Both the position numbers and the translations under genes were made by a program. 64,000 nt of DNA. Source: an uncultured Defluviitaleaceae bacterium (GTDB lineage: Bacteria; Bacillota; Clostridia; Lachnospirales; CAYPQA01). Under the pieces are notes generated by a model. The model worked only from the letters and a program-made list of their open reading frames with translations, ran no database searches and had not been told where the DNA came from. This document shows, one piece after another, positions 1 through 8,614 of the stretch; within the stretch, counting starts at the first letter, position 1; each line of letters starts with the position of its first letter. Location of the stretch: contig CAZSXS010000001.1 of NCBI GenBank assembly GCA_964611385.1, positions 31,058 to 95,057 of the forward strand, read 5' to 3'.

Positions 1-10
1 GGGGGTTAAT

Positions 11-493
11 ATGATTATTTTTGAAAATAGCACAGACACAGCACTGACGGAAGCCTTGCAAAACCAGATGGAAAAAGTGATTTTGCTGAGCTTGCAGGAT
101 TTTCCAGATAGTGAAGTTTGCGTCAGTTTTGTTTCAGAGAAAGATATTCAAGTTTTAAACAAGGATTATAGAGGAATCGACCGTGTGACAGACGTGCTTT
201 CCTTTCAGCAGTATGTGGGGGAAGAGCTAGACGCGATCAGCAAAACTAAAAGCCAAGAACCTATCTTGTTGGGCGATATCGTCATTTGCCTGGATGTGGC
301 AAAGCGTCAAGCGGAGAATTATGGTCACAGCTTAGAAAGAGAGCTTTGCTTTTTATGTGTTCATGGAACACTTCATCTTTTGGGCTACGACCATGAGGAT
401 AACCACGGCGAGGAATCCCAGGAAGAAAATGAAAACTGTGAAATGTTTCAGCTTCAGGAAAGAATTTTGAAAACGGCAGGTGTTAGCAGATGA
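11..493 (+). CDS. ybeY: rRNA maturation endoribonuclease YbeY
   Basis: 160-aa ORF with the YbeY zinc-site signature HGTLHLLGYDH. Its stop overlaps the next start (ATGA). It sits in the classic ybeY...era...recO neighbourhood. Confidence 0.9.
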   Translation: MIIFENSTDTALTEALQNQMEKVILLSLQDFPDSEVCVSFVSEKDIQVLNKDYRGIDRVTDVLSFQQYVGEELDAISKTKSQEPILLGDIVICLDVAKRQAENYGHSLERELCFLCVHGTLHLLGYDHEDNHGEESQEENENCEMFQLQERILKTAGVSR

Positions 494-1644
494 AAAGATT
501 TTTAAGTAAAGCAGTTCAAATGGGCTTGATTCTGACCCTTATTTTTTCAGTCGGTTGTAAGAAGACACCAACCAGTTCTATTGACCAACCTGTAAATTCA
601 GAAACGGTAAGCGGAACCAGCAAGCCCTCTTCCTCAAAGAACCCTAGCTCTGCAAGTCCTTCGCCTTCTGCAAGCCCCAAAATTACTTCACAGCTTTCAG
701 TTTATACCACAGAGGTGCCGGAGGAAACGGTTCCCAGTCTCTTTACCGGTATTCCGATTTATAAGAGCTTTCTGAACAAAAGGCCTGTTGCCGTGGTCAT
801 CAATAACCTGCCGAAAGCCCTGCCCCAAAGTGGAATTTCCCAAGCCGACATCATCTATGAAGTGCTAGTAGAAGGGGACATCACTCGGCTTGTTGCAGTT
901 TTTCAGGACTACAACTCTGGAAAAATCGGACCTGTTCGAAGTACCAGAGAGTATTTTGCTGACTTTGCCTTGGATAACAGTGCCATCCTTGTTCATCATG
1001 GGGGCAGCGAAACCGGCAAAGCAGCTATAAAAAATTATAGCGTTAATAATCTGGACGGAATGCAACTGGAGGGAAAGACCTTTTGGCGGGATCCGGAGCG
1101 GATGAAACAAAGCGGTATGTATGAACATAGCTCCTACACCGATACTCAGCGCTTGAATGCGGCCATTGCCCAGTACAAGTATGCGGATACGATCAATGAG
1201 GAACCGAGGTTTCTGTTTTATGACAAGCTCACGGAGCTAAACAACTCGGAATCAGCCAATACAGTGCGGGTCACTTATTCCGCTTCTCAAAACGGCGTAT
1301 TTGAATACGATAAAAGCACTGGCCTTTACCTACGATATCAAGGAAAGGGCAGCGATGTGCATGTGGATGAGGAGACTGGAAAGCAGCTTAGTGTTGCCAA
1401 TGTTATTGTCCAGCTGGTGAGCATGAAAATCGTTGACAATGAGGGGCGGCGCTCCTTGACGCTCGTTAGCGAGGGGAAGGGTTATCTGGCCACTGCCGGT
1501 ACTGTTGTGCCTATTACTTGGAAAAAAGGTAGCCACAAAGCACCCACCGAGTGGTATTTTGAAGATGGAACCCCCATTACCTTAAACAAGGGAAAAACCT
1601 GGATCAATGTTTTTCAAAGCAATGGGAAGGTTAGTTTTGAATAA
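490..1644 (+). CDS. DUF3048-family lipoprotein (YerB-like)
   Basis: Signal peptide with lipobox (LIFSVGC) followed by an S/P-rich linker. The conserved block PVAVVINN...QSGISQADIIYEVLVEGDITRLVAVF looks typical of DUF3048 proteins. Confidence 0.7.
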   Translation: MKRFLSKAVQMGLILTLIFSVGCKKTPTSSIDQPVNSETVSGTSKPSSSKNPSSASPSPSASPKITSQLSVYTTEVPEETVPSLFTGIPIYKSFLNKRPVAVVINNLPKALPQSGISQADIIYEVLVEGDITRLVAVFQDYNSGKIGPVRSTREYFADFALDNSAILVHHGGSETGKAAIKNYSVNNLDGMQLEGKTFWRDPERMKQSGMYEHSSYTDTQRLNAAIAQYKYADTINEEPRFLFYDKLTELNNSESANTVRVTYSASQNGVFEYDKSTGLYLRYQGKGSDVHVDEETGKQLSVANVIVQLVSMKIVDNEGRRSLTLVSEGKGYLATAGTVVPITWKKGSHKAPTEWYFEDGTPITLNKGKTWINVFQSNGKVSFE

Positions 1645-1675
1645 TAAATAGCAGCTATGGCTGTTTGGAGGAAAA

Positions 1676-2587
1676 ATGTCTAACAAAAGTAAATTTTATT
1701 CCGGTTTTATATCCATCATCGGGCGGCCCAATGTTGGAAAATCCACGCTTATGAACAGCCTGATTGGAGAAAAGCTGGCCATCGTGTCCGACAAGCCCCA
1801 AACCACAAGAAACAAGATTCAATGTATACTGACCACAGAGGATTTTCAGGCTGTTTTCATTGATACGCCGGGGATACACAAGCCCCATTCCAAGCTGGGA
1901 AGCTTTATGGTGAATACAGCCTTGGAGGCCCTTAACGAAGTGGATATTATTCTGTATGTAGTAGAGCCGGAAAACAAGGTTTTGGCTATGGATAAGGGAA
2001 TCATTGAGCGTCTAAGCCAGATCGACACCCCCGTATTTTTGTTGATCAACAAGATCGACAAAACGGACAAGCCAGCCCTTTTAAATGTGATTGAAACCTT
2101 CCGCAATGAAACGCCCTTTGAGTATGCCCAAATCATTCCTATTTCCGCTGCAAAGGGGGAGAACATGGAGGCGCTCTTGACGAGCATTAAGACGTATCTG
2201 CCAGAGGGTCCTCAGTACTTTCCCGAGGACAGCATTACCGATCAGCCAGAGCGACAGTTGGTTGCAGAGCTGATCCGAGAAAAGGCTTTGCAACTTTTGG
2301 ATGAAGAACTTCCTCACGGTACAGCAGTGGAGATTTTGTCCATGAAAAAAAGGCCCAACAAGGACCTGGTGGATATTTCAGCGAACATCTATTGCGAAAG
2401 GGATTCACATAAGGGCATGATCATCGGCAAGGGCGGTAAACTGCTCAAAGAGCTGGGCACAAGAGCCAGAACCGACATCACTCGACTACTGGGCAGTCCG
2501 GTTTACCTGGAGCTTTGGGTAAAGGTCAAGAAAAATTGGCGTGATAATGAGTTTATGTTGAAAAACTTTGGCTATGAAAGAGAATAG
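1676..2587 (+). CDS. era: GTPase Era
   Basis: G1 GRPNVGKST, G3 DTPG and G4 NKID motifs with a C-terminal KH-like domain (GKGGKLLKELG). GGAGG RBS upstream. Confidence 0.95.
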   Translation: MSNKSKFYSGFISIIGRPNVGKSTLMNSLIGEKLAIVSDKPQTTRNKIQCILTTEDFQAVFIDTPGIHKPHSKLGSFMVNTALEALNEVDIILYVVEPENKVLAMDKGIIERLSQIDTPVFLLINKIDKTDKPALLNVIETFRNETPFEYAQIIPISAAKGENMEALLTSIKTYLPEGPQYFPEDSITDQPERQLVAELIREKALQLLDEELPHGTAVEILSMKKRPNKDLVDISANIYCERDSHKGMIIGKGGKLLKELGTRARTDITRLLGSPVYLELWVKVKKNWRDNEFMLKNFGYERE

Positions 2588-2626
2588 ATAATAGAGCTCT
2601 TTTAATTTCTGTGAAATAATATCTAA

Positions 2627-2734
2627 CCCACGTCCGGCTTTTTTGAAAGATGAGGATGGGGGGTGTGGGGGGAAGGAGAAGAAAACTTTTTCGCCGTTTG
2701 AAAAAAGTTTTCTTCTCCTTCCCCCCACGGTCTT
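2627..2734 (+). repeat. R2 repeat copy 1 (stem 2667-2691 / 2701-2726, loop CGCCGTTTG)
   Basis: CCCACGTCCGGCTTTTTTGAAAG...GGGGGGTGTGGGGGG AAGGAGAAGAAAACTTTTT CGCCGTTTG AAAAAAGTTTTCTTCTCCTT CCCCCCACGGTCTT. Lies between era and the thioesterase gene. Confidence 0.9.
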
Positions 2735-2769
2735 TAAATAAAATGCGCTAGACGCAAAGGGAGATTAGA

Positions 2770-3222
2770 ATGAAAACACCAAGAGATTCCCGTTCGGAAA
2801 CCACCCACCTGGTCATGGCCGGGGATACGAATCAAATGGGAAATTTGCATGGGGGAACCCTGATGCAATGGGTGGATATCATAGGGGCTGTGGCCGCCTC
2901 CCGCCATGCGGAAAGTATTGTGACCACAGCCGCCTTAGATAGTATGGATTTTAAAATGCCTGTCGCCCTAGGCGATATTGTGACATTGTATGCCCGGGTT
3001 ACTTGGACAGGGCGTAGCTCCATGGAAGTGCGGGTTGACGTGTACAAGGAACATCCGATCTGTCACAGAAAATCCTTGACCAACACGGCGTACTTGGTTT
3101 TTGTGGCTTTGGACGAAAACCGATTGCCCAAATCTGTCCCACCCTTCTACCCGGAAACGGAAGAGGAAAAAGTGGAATATGAGCAGGCAATCAAAAGACG
3201 TGAGATGAGGTTAAAGCGGTGA
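2770..3222 (+). CDS. hotdog-fold acyl-CoA thioesterase
   Basis: 150-aa ORF. The N-terminal block VMAGDTNQMGNLHGGTLMQWVD resembles the acyl-CoA hydrolase (YciA/BFIT-like) family. GGGAG RBS upstream. Confidence 0.65.
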   Translation: MKTPRDSRSETTHLVMAGDTNQMGNLHGGTLMQWVDIIGAVAASRHAESIVTTAALDSMDFKMPVALGDIVTLYARVTWTGRSSMEVRVDVYKEHPICHRKSLTNTAYLVFVALDENRLPKSVPPFYPETEEEKVEYEQAIKRREMRLKR

Positions 3223-4067
3223 CTTACAAAGCAAAAGGCCTTGTTTTAAAGGAGATTCCGGTGGGTGAAAACGATAAGGCTGTGATTTTGCTGCTGGAGC
3301 AGTACGGCAAGGTTTGGGTAAACTGCCGGGGGGCCCGCAAGCAAAACAGCCGCTTTTTGGCCGGAACCCAGGTGTTTACCTTCGGGGAATATGAGATCCA
3401 CAGCGGAATTACTAAAAATAATTTCGCTTTTTTTTCGTTGAGCCATGTACTGATTTTGGATAGCTTTTATGGGCTTAGGCTGGACTTTGACTGCCTGTAC
3501 GCTGCCCAGTACTTGCTGGGGCTTGCGGATTTCTATCTGGAGGATGGGGTGGCGGCTGATGGGGTTTTGTCTCTGTTGCTAAAAGCCCTCTCCTGCCTTG
3601 CCCGGCTTTATCAGTTTAAAAGCTACAAGGATCATGAACGCTTTACCCGCTTTGTTGATCAGGTGGCTTTGCTGAAGTTGATCCAGTGCTTCGGTTATGC
3701 GCCCGAGACAGGGTTTTGTACGGAATGTGGGAAGCCGATTCATGAGCTTCTTGCGGATACAAGCTATGGCCAGAAAAAATTGTTTTTCTTTTCTTCTGGT
3801 CTTGTTTGTAGGGAATGCAGGATGAACATGAAGAAGGATACTTTTATTGAGATTGCTGAAAATACGCTTTCTGTGGTAAGACGAATGCTGTATACGGATT
3901 TCAGAAGGTTGATTTGTACTTCTGCGGACTCGTTGGAAATGAATGACTATTATATAGAGGCAGATCGGATTCAGGCGATACTGGAGCTTTGTATAAGGCA
4001 GAATTTTGGATGGAATTATTTTAGCAAGTTCTATAATCTGCCTGTAAAAGGATCTGAACGTGACTGA
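3219..4067 (+). CDS. recO: DNA repair protein RecO
   Basis: GTG start overlaps the upstream stop (GTGA). RecO-like OB-fold N-terminus (GLVLKEIPVGENDKAVILL..GARK) and Cys4 zinc finger (CTECGKP...CRECR). The last codons and the stop lie in an R1 repeat fragment. Confidence 0.85.
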   Translation: MTYKAKGLVLKEIPVGENDKAVILLLEQYGKVWVNCRGARKQNSRFLAGTQVFTFGEYEIHSGITKNNFAFFSLSHVLILDSFYGLRLDFDCLYAAQYLLGLADFYLEDGVAADGVLSLLLKALSCLARLYQFKSYKDHERFTRFVDQVALLKLIQCFGYAPETGFCTECGKPIHELLADTSYGQKKLFFFSSGLVCRECRMNMKKDTFIEIAENTLSVVRRMLYTDFRRLICTSADSLEMNDYYIEADRIQAILELCIRQNFGWNYFSKFYNLPVKGSERD

Positions 4068-4069
4068 GG
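4038..4069 (+). repeat. R1 repeat, right-arm fragment inside the recO 3' end
   Basis: CTGCCTGTAAAAGGATCTGAACGTGACTGAGG. The last 16 nt are identical to the 14574-14589 copy, and it contains the recO stop codon. Confidence 0.7.
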
Positions 4070-4077
4070 ATAGATTA

Positions 4078-4113
4078 CAAAAACCCACGCATTTTTGAAT
4101 GCGTGGGTTTTTG
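4078..4113 (+). terminator. rho-independent terminator after recO
   Basis: AAACCCACGC-ATTTTTGAAT-GCGTGGGTTT followed by a T-run. Confidence 0.85.
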
Positions 4114-4118
4114 TATAT

Positions 4119-4206
4119 ATGGATTTTATCAATATGGATTTTATCAATATGGATTCTTTCAATATAGATTCTTTTAACATGGGTCTATCAATGTGGATTT
4201 AGCAAC
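4119..4206 (+). repeat. six degenerate tandem ~15-bp repeats (ATGGATTTTATCAAT)
   Basis: Units: ATGGATTTTATCAAT x2, then ATGGATTCTTTCAAT, ATAGATTCTTTTAAC, ATGGGTCTATCAAT and GTGGATTTAGCAAC. Lies between the recO terminator and the DUF2087 regulator gene. Confidence 0.85.
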
Positions 4207-4314
4207 TTGGGTTTTATTTAAGTAGAACTTTCATTTACTTGACAAACGCTTTAACATAGACTATTATCAAATGCGTTTGTAAATTAAATAAACAAATTAA
4301 CTGGAGGTTTGAGT

Positions 4315-5097
4315 ATGGACGCTACTGATTCTTTTTGGAGTGCTTCGGTCAAGGAACTGAAGCAAGGATACTTTTTTAATAAGGGTGTATACACCTGCCT
4401 TATTTGTGGTCAGACCTTTGAAAAAGGCATTGTGTATCCCATGAACGAGCAACTGTATACGGCCAAACGAGCCGTGCGTGCTCATATTAGTGAAGCGCAC
4501 GGGTCCGTGTTTGAGTTTTTTATTCAGATGGGGAAGGTTTACACAGGTTTGACCGAGCATCAGAAAGCTTTGATGCAGATGTTGTATCAGGGCTACAGCG
4601 ATAAGGAGATCGTAAACAGGACAGAGGCTACCAACACTTCCACCATTAGAAATCAGCGCTTTGTTTTTAAGGAGAAATATAAACAGGCCAAGATTATTGT
4701 TGCTATGACGGAGTTACTTGAAGAAAAGAGAAGGGATAGAAAAATGAACATCAACACAGAACAGAACGATACGCTTGTTGACATCCACAGGACAGCCACC
4801 ATGATAGACCAACGATATGCGATCACCCAAGCAGAAAAGGACGAGGTATTGGACAGATACTTTGACAAGGAGAATCATCTGCTAATTAAGAACTTTCCTG
4901 TCAAGGAAAAGAAGAAAATTATTATCTTGCAGCAGATCGTTAAATCCTTTGAGCCTAACCGAACCTATACGGAAAAGGAGGTAAATGCCATTATCGGGAG
5001 CTTTTACGAAGATATTCCGACTATACGACGCTATATGATTCAATATGGGTTCTTGGATAGGCAATCTGATGGGAAGGCTTATTGGGTTAAGCAGTAG
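4315..5097 (+). CDS. DUF2087-type putative transcriptional regulator (zinc ribbon + HTH + DUF2087)
   Basis: ATG lies 7 nt after GGAGG, so the ORF-track TTG at 4309 is too close to the RBS. Contains C2H2-like CLICG...HISEAHG, a LuxR-like HTH (YQGYSDKEIVNRTEATNTSTIRNQ) and a C-terminal block YTEKEVNAIIGSFYEDIPTIRRYMIQYGFLDR. Confidence 0.6.
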   Translation: MDATDSFWSASVKELKQGYFFNKGVYTCLICGQTFEKGIVYPMNEQLYTAKRAVRAHISEAHGSVFEFFIQMGKVYTGLTEHQKALMQMLYQGYSDKEIVNRTEATNTSTIRNQRFVFKEKYKQAKIIVAMTELLEEKRRDRKMNINTEQNDTLVDIHRTATMIDQRYAITQAEKDEVLDRYFDKENHLLIKNFPVKEKKKIIILQQIVKSFEPNRTYTEKEVNAIIGSFYEDIPTIRRYMIQYGFLDRQSDGKAYWVKQ

Positions 5098-5116
5098 TGT
5101 TTTGCTTCATCCTTTC

Positions 5117-5953
5117 TTACCTGTTTGCCGATTGAGCATACAACTCTTTTTTCAAATACCCAAAGCCATTCCCCATTTGCTTCCCTTCCAATAAGTATTT
5201 CTTTAAATTTCTTTGAAGGGAAGTATGCTCCGGCAATTGCTCAAGGGGTAGGTCTTTATTTTTATAGACCCAAAGCATATACGATTGACTACCGTAGTCC
5301 ACTTGGGTTATGTTGAAGTCGGTTTGAAATCTCAGAATCTTTGATCCTTCTGGCAGAACTGCTTTTAAGTCGGGGCAAAGGAGCCAGGTATGTAAGCTCC
5401 AATCGCAGTCAGCATAATCTGGATAAAATTGATCCACAAATTGCTTTGCGGCTTTGTAGGATTGAAGGCACTTGGACTCGGACAAATCTGCGTCAGAAGG
5501 AATGTGCAGCGATATCGCATTTTTACCTTCAACAGAGCGTAATTCGTACTCAATAGAGCCGATACGAAACAATTGAATCGATAACTGCCTTGTAGTCCAC
5601 CATTCCCGATCAAATCCATAGCTGTGAAAGCTCTCCATGTGCTCGTTGACAAATCTGGAGAAACAGCCCATAGTATCAAAGAACACTTGTTCTGGGATAC
5701 CCAGTGCCTTGTATTTTTCGTAGGTACGGCAGGCGGTTAGCAGGCATAGACAAAGTTTACGAAGACCCCTTGGATCCTCGGAGGCAAAGTCGTGAATAGC
5801 CTCCAGTGCAGCCTTACTTTGTTGGGAATTCCAAAGACCCTCTATAATAGACTTGATGAGCTCTGGGTTTACTGGTTCCGCAATGCGTAGTACTTCTGCG
5901 CTTACTTCCCCAGGCATATTAATTTTGTTACAAAGTTCACTTACTGTCACCAT
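5117..5953 (-). CDS. hypothetical protein (possibly DUF5596/GNAT-like acyltransferase family)
   Basis: Long clean ORF. I chose the internal ATG preceded by AAGGAG. The family call comes only from general resemblance and no catalytic motif was verified. Confidence 0.45.
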   Translation of the reverse strand: MVTVSELCNKINMPGEVSAEVLRIAEPVNPELIKSIIEGLWNSQQSKAALEAIHDFASEDPRGLRKLCLCLLTACRTYEKYKALGIPEQVFFDTMGCFSRFVNEHMESFHSYGFDREWWTTRQLSIQLFRIGSIEYELRSVEGKNAISLHIPSDADLSESKCLQSYKAAKQFVDQFYPDYADCDWSLHTWLLCPDLKAVLPEGSKILRFQTDFNITQVDYGSQSYMLWVYKNKDLPLEQLPEHTSLQRNLKKYLLEGKQMGNGFGYLKKELYAQSANR

Positions 5954-6271
5954 GATACTCAAATCTCCTTTTATTAAATTAATTAAGTTAAGCAAGTCCC
6001 GTCTTTATTATACGCCATTATAAGGGGCTATACAACGCGCATCTTTTTAAAGCATATCCTGAGACAAAGGCAGAATATGCTTTAAAGAAAGCAACCCAGG
6101 TGTTCTGTTTCTTGATGAACGTTGAGAGCGCTTGACGCAAAGTACATCCACTCTCCATTCTTAAATCGGTGGTTTACAACACGTTCTACCTGAGTCGAAA
6201 TTCAAAACCGTCAAGAACTGTAAGTGTACATTTTGGGAAATTTGGTAAACAGAATAAAAACGGAGGTTTTT

Positions 6272-7387
6272 ATGAACTTGAATCTGGAAAAATTTTGGGA
6301 AGAGGATGAAATCGCACATCAAGAAAACTGCTTTTGCGAAAAAGCAAATCAGGTCGCTTTGGGTATACGAATGAGTGATGAATGTGTCTTTGCGGAGTTG
6401 GGCGTCGAAGGAAAGCCTTGGGGACACACAGAACGTGAGGAAAGGATAAGGCTGAATAAGAAATACAACGATTTGGCCCAGGAAATTGTGGGGATACGCC
6501 TGCTAGAGGAGGACCTTCCGACGCTTGAGCAGCTCTTCCCAGAACACAAGCAAATAGGCGAGATTTTCGGAGGCGAGTACATATATGACGGCAACACAAC
6601 CTGGCTCAAGGGCAACTGCCATACGATTTCCGAGCTGGAAAAGCTGCTTGACCGAGTTGAGCGGATGAACATCCGAGAGTTCATTCTTCCACCCAACTGG
6701 GAAAGTGAGAAACGTAGGCTTTATGAACAGTTTGGCTTGAAACCGCAAAGATGGCAGCATGTACGAGGGCCTGTTACCTTGGCCACTTCCATTTTCGGTA
6801 TTGAAAACCTGATATTTCTGAATTATGATGAGCCTGATTTGTTTAAGCGCTTCTCTCAAACGATTCAAAAGGTAATCCTAGAGTACATCAGTATCTTTAA
6901 TGAAGAAGCCGGATATTCAGAAGAAAACTTCCCCAGGGGCTTTGCCTTTTCTGATGACGATTGCAACCTGCTGACTCCTGAGATGTATGAAGACTTTGGC
7001 TATCCCATCTTAAAAGCGGTCTTTGAGCGTTGCTCCCCAGGGGAAAATGACCTCAGATATCAACACTCAGACTCGGCTATGGCGCATCTACTGCCGATTT
7101 TGGGAAGATTGAACCTAACACGCTGCAACTTCGGACCTACCCTGAGCGTGACGGAAATCAGAGCCCATCTGCCCAAGGCCAGAATTGATGGTCAACTTGC
7201 GCCCTTTACCTTCATGAGAAACAATGAGGAAGACATCCTCTGGGAGGTAAGACGGGATTGCGAAATGGCAATCAGGGGAGGATTCAGAGGCCTCAACATT
7301 ACTACCGCAGGCTCCATTAACAACGGAAGCCTACTGACCAGCATGAGAACAGTCATGCAAGGGATACAGTTATACGGAAGATACTAA
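6272..7387 (+). CDS. uroporphyrinogen-decarboxylase-family (MtaA/CmuA-like) protein
   Basis: ATG at 6272 follows GGAGG. The central block RGFAFSDDDCNLLTPEMYEDFGYPILKAVFE resembles URO-D family enzymes. A strong terminator follows. Confidence 0.5.
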   Translation: MNLNLEKFWEEDEIAHQENCFCEKANQVALGIRMSDECVFAELGVEGKPWGHTEREERIRLNKKYNDLAQEIVGIRLLEEDLPTLEQLFPEHKQIGEIFGGEYIYDGNTTWLKGNCHTISELEKLLDRVERMNIREFILPPNWESEKRRLYEQFGLKPQRWQHVRGPVTLATSIFGIENLIFLNYDEPDLFKRFSQTIQKVILEYISIFNEEAGYSEENFPRGFAFSDDDCNLLTPEMYEDFGYPILKAVFERCSPGENDLRYQHSDSAMAHLLPILGRLNLTRCNFGPTLSVTEIRAHLPKARIDGQLAPFTFMRNNEEDILWEVRRDCEMAIRGGFRGLNITTAGSINNGSLLTSMRTVMQGIQLYGRY

Positions 7388-7432
7388 AAAAACACGGATT
7401 GATCAGAGAACCTGATCAATCCGTGTTTTTTT
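7386..7432. terminator. bidirectional terminator between URO-D-like gene and radC
   Basis: 15-bp perfect stem ACACGGATTGATCAG / CTGATCAATCCGTGT, flanked by an A-run and a T-run. Confidence 0.9.
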
Positions 7433-8123
7433 ATTTCAGCAAGCCTAATAAGCGCATAGAAACAACTGTATTATCAGCGACGATGAGATGATCCTGCAAG
7501 GTGATGTTTATACGGGCAAGATAATTCCTGATGGTTTTCGTCAATTCAATGTCATCATCCGAGGGCACAGTTACACCGCTGGGATGATTGTGAGTCAGAA
7601 CGACCTTTACGGTGGAGGTATTCGCTACTGCATCCGTAATGTGCCTTAACTCCACATGGGCTTGAGTCGGCGTTCCAAATCCGATTCGACATTCTTTTTT
7701 AATCAGGCGGTCACCAGCGTTTAAGCAGAGGATGTACATTACTTCATATTCATCCATTAAATGGATTGTCATGCTGAACTCCTTGAGCTTCTCGATGGTA
7801 TCTAAAATCGGATACTCGCCCAGCCTTTTGCGAAACAAATAGGGTATAAACATGCTCATCATGGCAAAATGCTGATCTGTCAGATCCGTTAAGCCTGGGA
7901 TGCTTTTTCTTTCTCTGGAGGATGCCTTGATCATCCGGTGAAGGGTACCAAACCGATTAACCAATTCTTGCGCAATAGGACGAACATCCTTTCTTGGTAT
8001 GGTATAGTAGAGCATGAGCTCTACCACTTCAACAAGCGGCATTCCCTGCAAGCCATTTTCCATCATGTATTGCCTTAGGTCATTCCGTCTTTCCTTTAAA
8101 GTCTGAGTTCTTTTACTTCTCAT
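7431..8123 (-). CDS. radC: RadC-family JAB/MPN domain protein
   Basis: C-terminal JAMM-like motif LTHNHPSGVTVPSDDD with an N-terminal helix-hairpin-helix-like region. AAGGAG RBS. Confidence 0.8.
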   Translation of the reverse strand: MRSKRTQTLKERRNDLRQYMMENGLQGMPLVEVVELMLYYTIPRKDVRPIAQELVNRFGTLHRMIKASSRERKSIPGLTDLTDQHFAMMSMFIPYLFRKRLGEYPILDTIEKLKEFSMTIHLMDEYEVMYILCLNAGDRLIKKECRIGFGTPTQAHVELRHITDAVANTSTVKVVLTHNHPSGVTVPSDDDIELTKTIRNYLARINITLQDHLIVADNTVVSMRLLGLLK

Positions 8124-8229
8124 TTTGCATTCTCCTTTTGGTTATCATATTGTTGAGTGCGTCGAAGGATTCAATAAAATGTCGATTGGCGTTAACTTCC
8201 CAAGATTTTTCGTACATTTCGTTGTTAAG

Positions 8230-8253
8230 TATAACATGTTCCCACATGTTATA
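8230..8253. promoter_or_regulatory. perfect 9-bp inverted repeat upstream of radC
   Basis: TATAACATG-TTCCCA-CATGTTATA. Confidence 0.35.
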
Positions 8254-8297
8254 CAAGATTTTGTCTTCTTTTCTTCGCTTTTTCGACTTTAATTGCC

Positions 8298-8496
8298 TTT
8301 TTACTATTTGTCTGTTTTAATGTAAAGCCGCCAAGCAAATAGATAGAGGCTTTCAGGAATGGATATTGGCAGCTCGGGGGAGCTTGAGGGTCTGTTCAAC
8401 TCAGATTGAGTATCGTATAAGGAGAACAAATTTGTTGAAATCATTCATTTGCTTGCTTATAATAGTGGTGAGTGCGGCAGTTTGCATTCATAAATA
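8298..8496 (+). repeat. R1 repeat, degenerate copy
   Basis: Left arm TTTTTACTATTTGTCTGTTTTAATGTAAAGCCGCCA and right arm GTGAGTGCGGCAGTTTGCATTCATAAATA resemble the family arms. About 130-nt interior. Confidence 0.4.
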
Positions 8497-8532
8497 AAAA
8501 AAGCGTAATGCCTTTGAATAAGGCATTACGCT
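8495..8532 (-). terminator. terminator downstream of the alpha/beta hydrolase gene
   Basis: Stem AGCGTAATGCCTT / AAGGCATTACGCT, with the U-run on the minus strand (A-run 8495-8501). Confidence 0.75.
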
Positions 8533-8614
8533 CAATATAAGTATTGGCTTTTTTGAAACTGCGTGGGATATTTCCCCTTCTCCCATGGTTTTGCAATGCC
8601 CTATGGGTATTAAA

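Noticed and set aside
2631-2650. The GGCTTTTTT segment at the 5' side of each R2 copy as an intrinsic terminator.
   Set aside because: No complementary stem precedes the T-run on the plus strand in any of the three copies, and the run is part of the conserved repeat. A real terminator for the 42-kb copy lies further on, at 41985-42028 on the minus strand.
2486-2728. ORFs running through the R2 hairpins (2486-2728 minus, 42011-42430 minus, 42082-42303 plus, 42102-42290 plus, 58743-58943 minus). They encode G/P/F/K-rich peptides such as GGRRRKLFSNGEKVF.
   Set aside because: They are translations of a palindromic purine/pyrimidine repeat, so the same peptide-like strings appear on both strands. 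They lack RBSs and overlap better-supported genes or terminators.
5996-6271. Hairpin CTTTTTAAAGCATAT...ATATGCTTTAAAGAAAG (about 6043-6090) upstream of the URO-D/methyltransferase-like gene as a cobalamin riboswitch.
   Set aside because: No B12-box-like consensus or multi-helix junction is recognisable. It is a single hairpin and is more likely a terminator or attenuator remnant.
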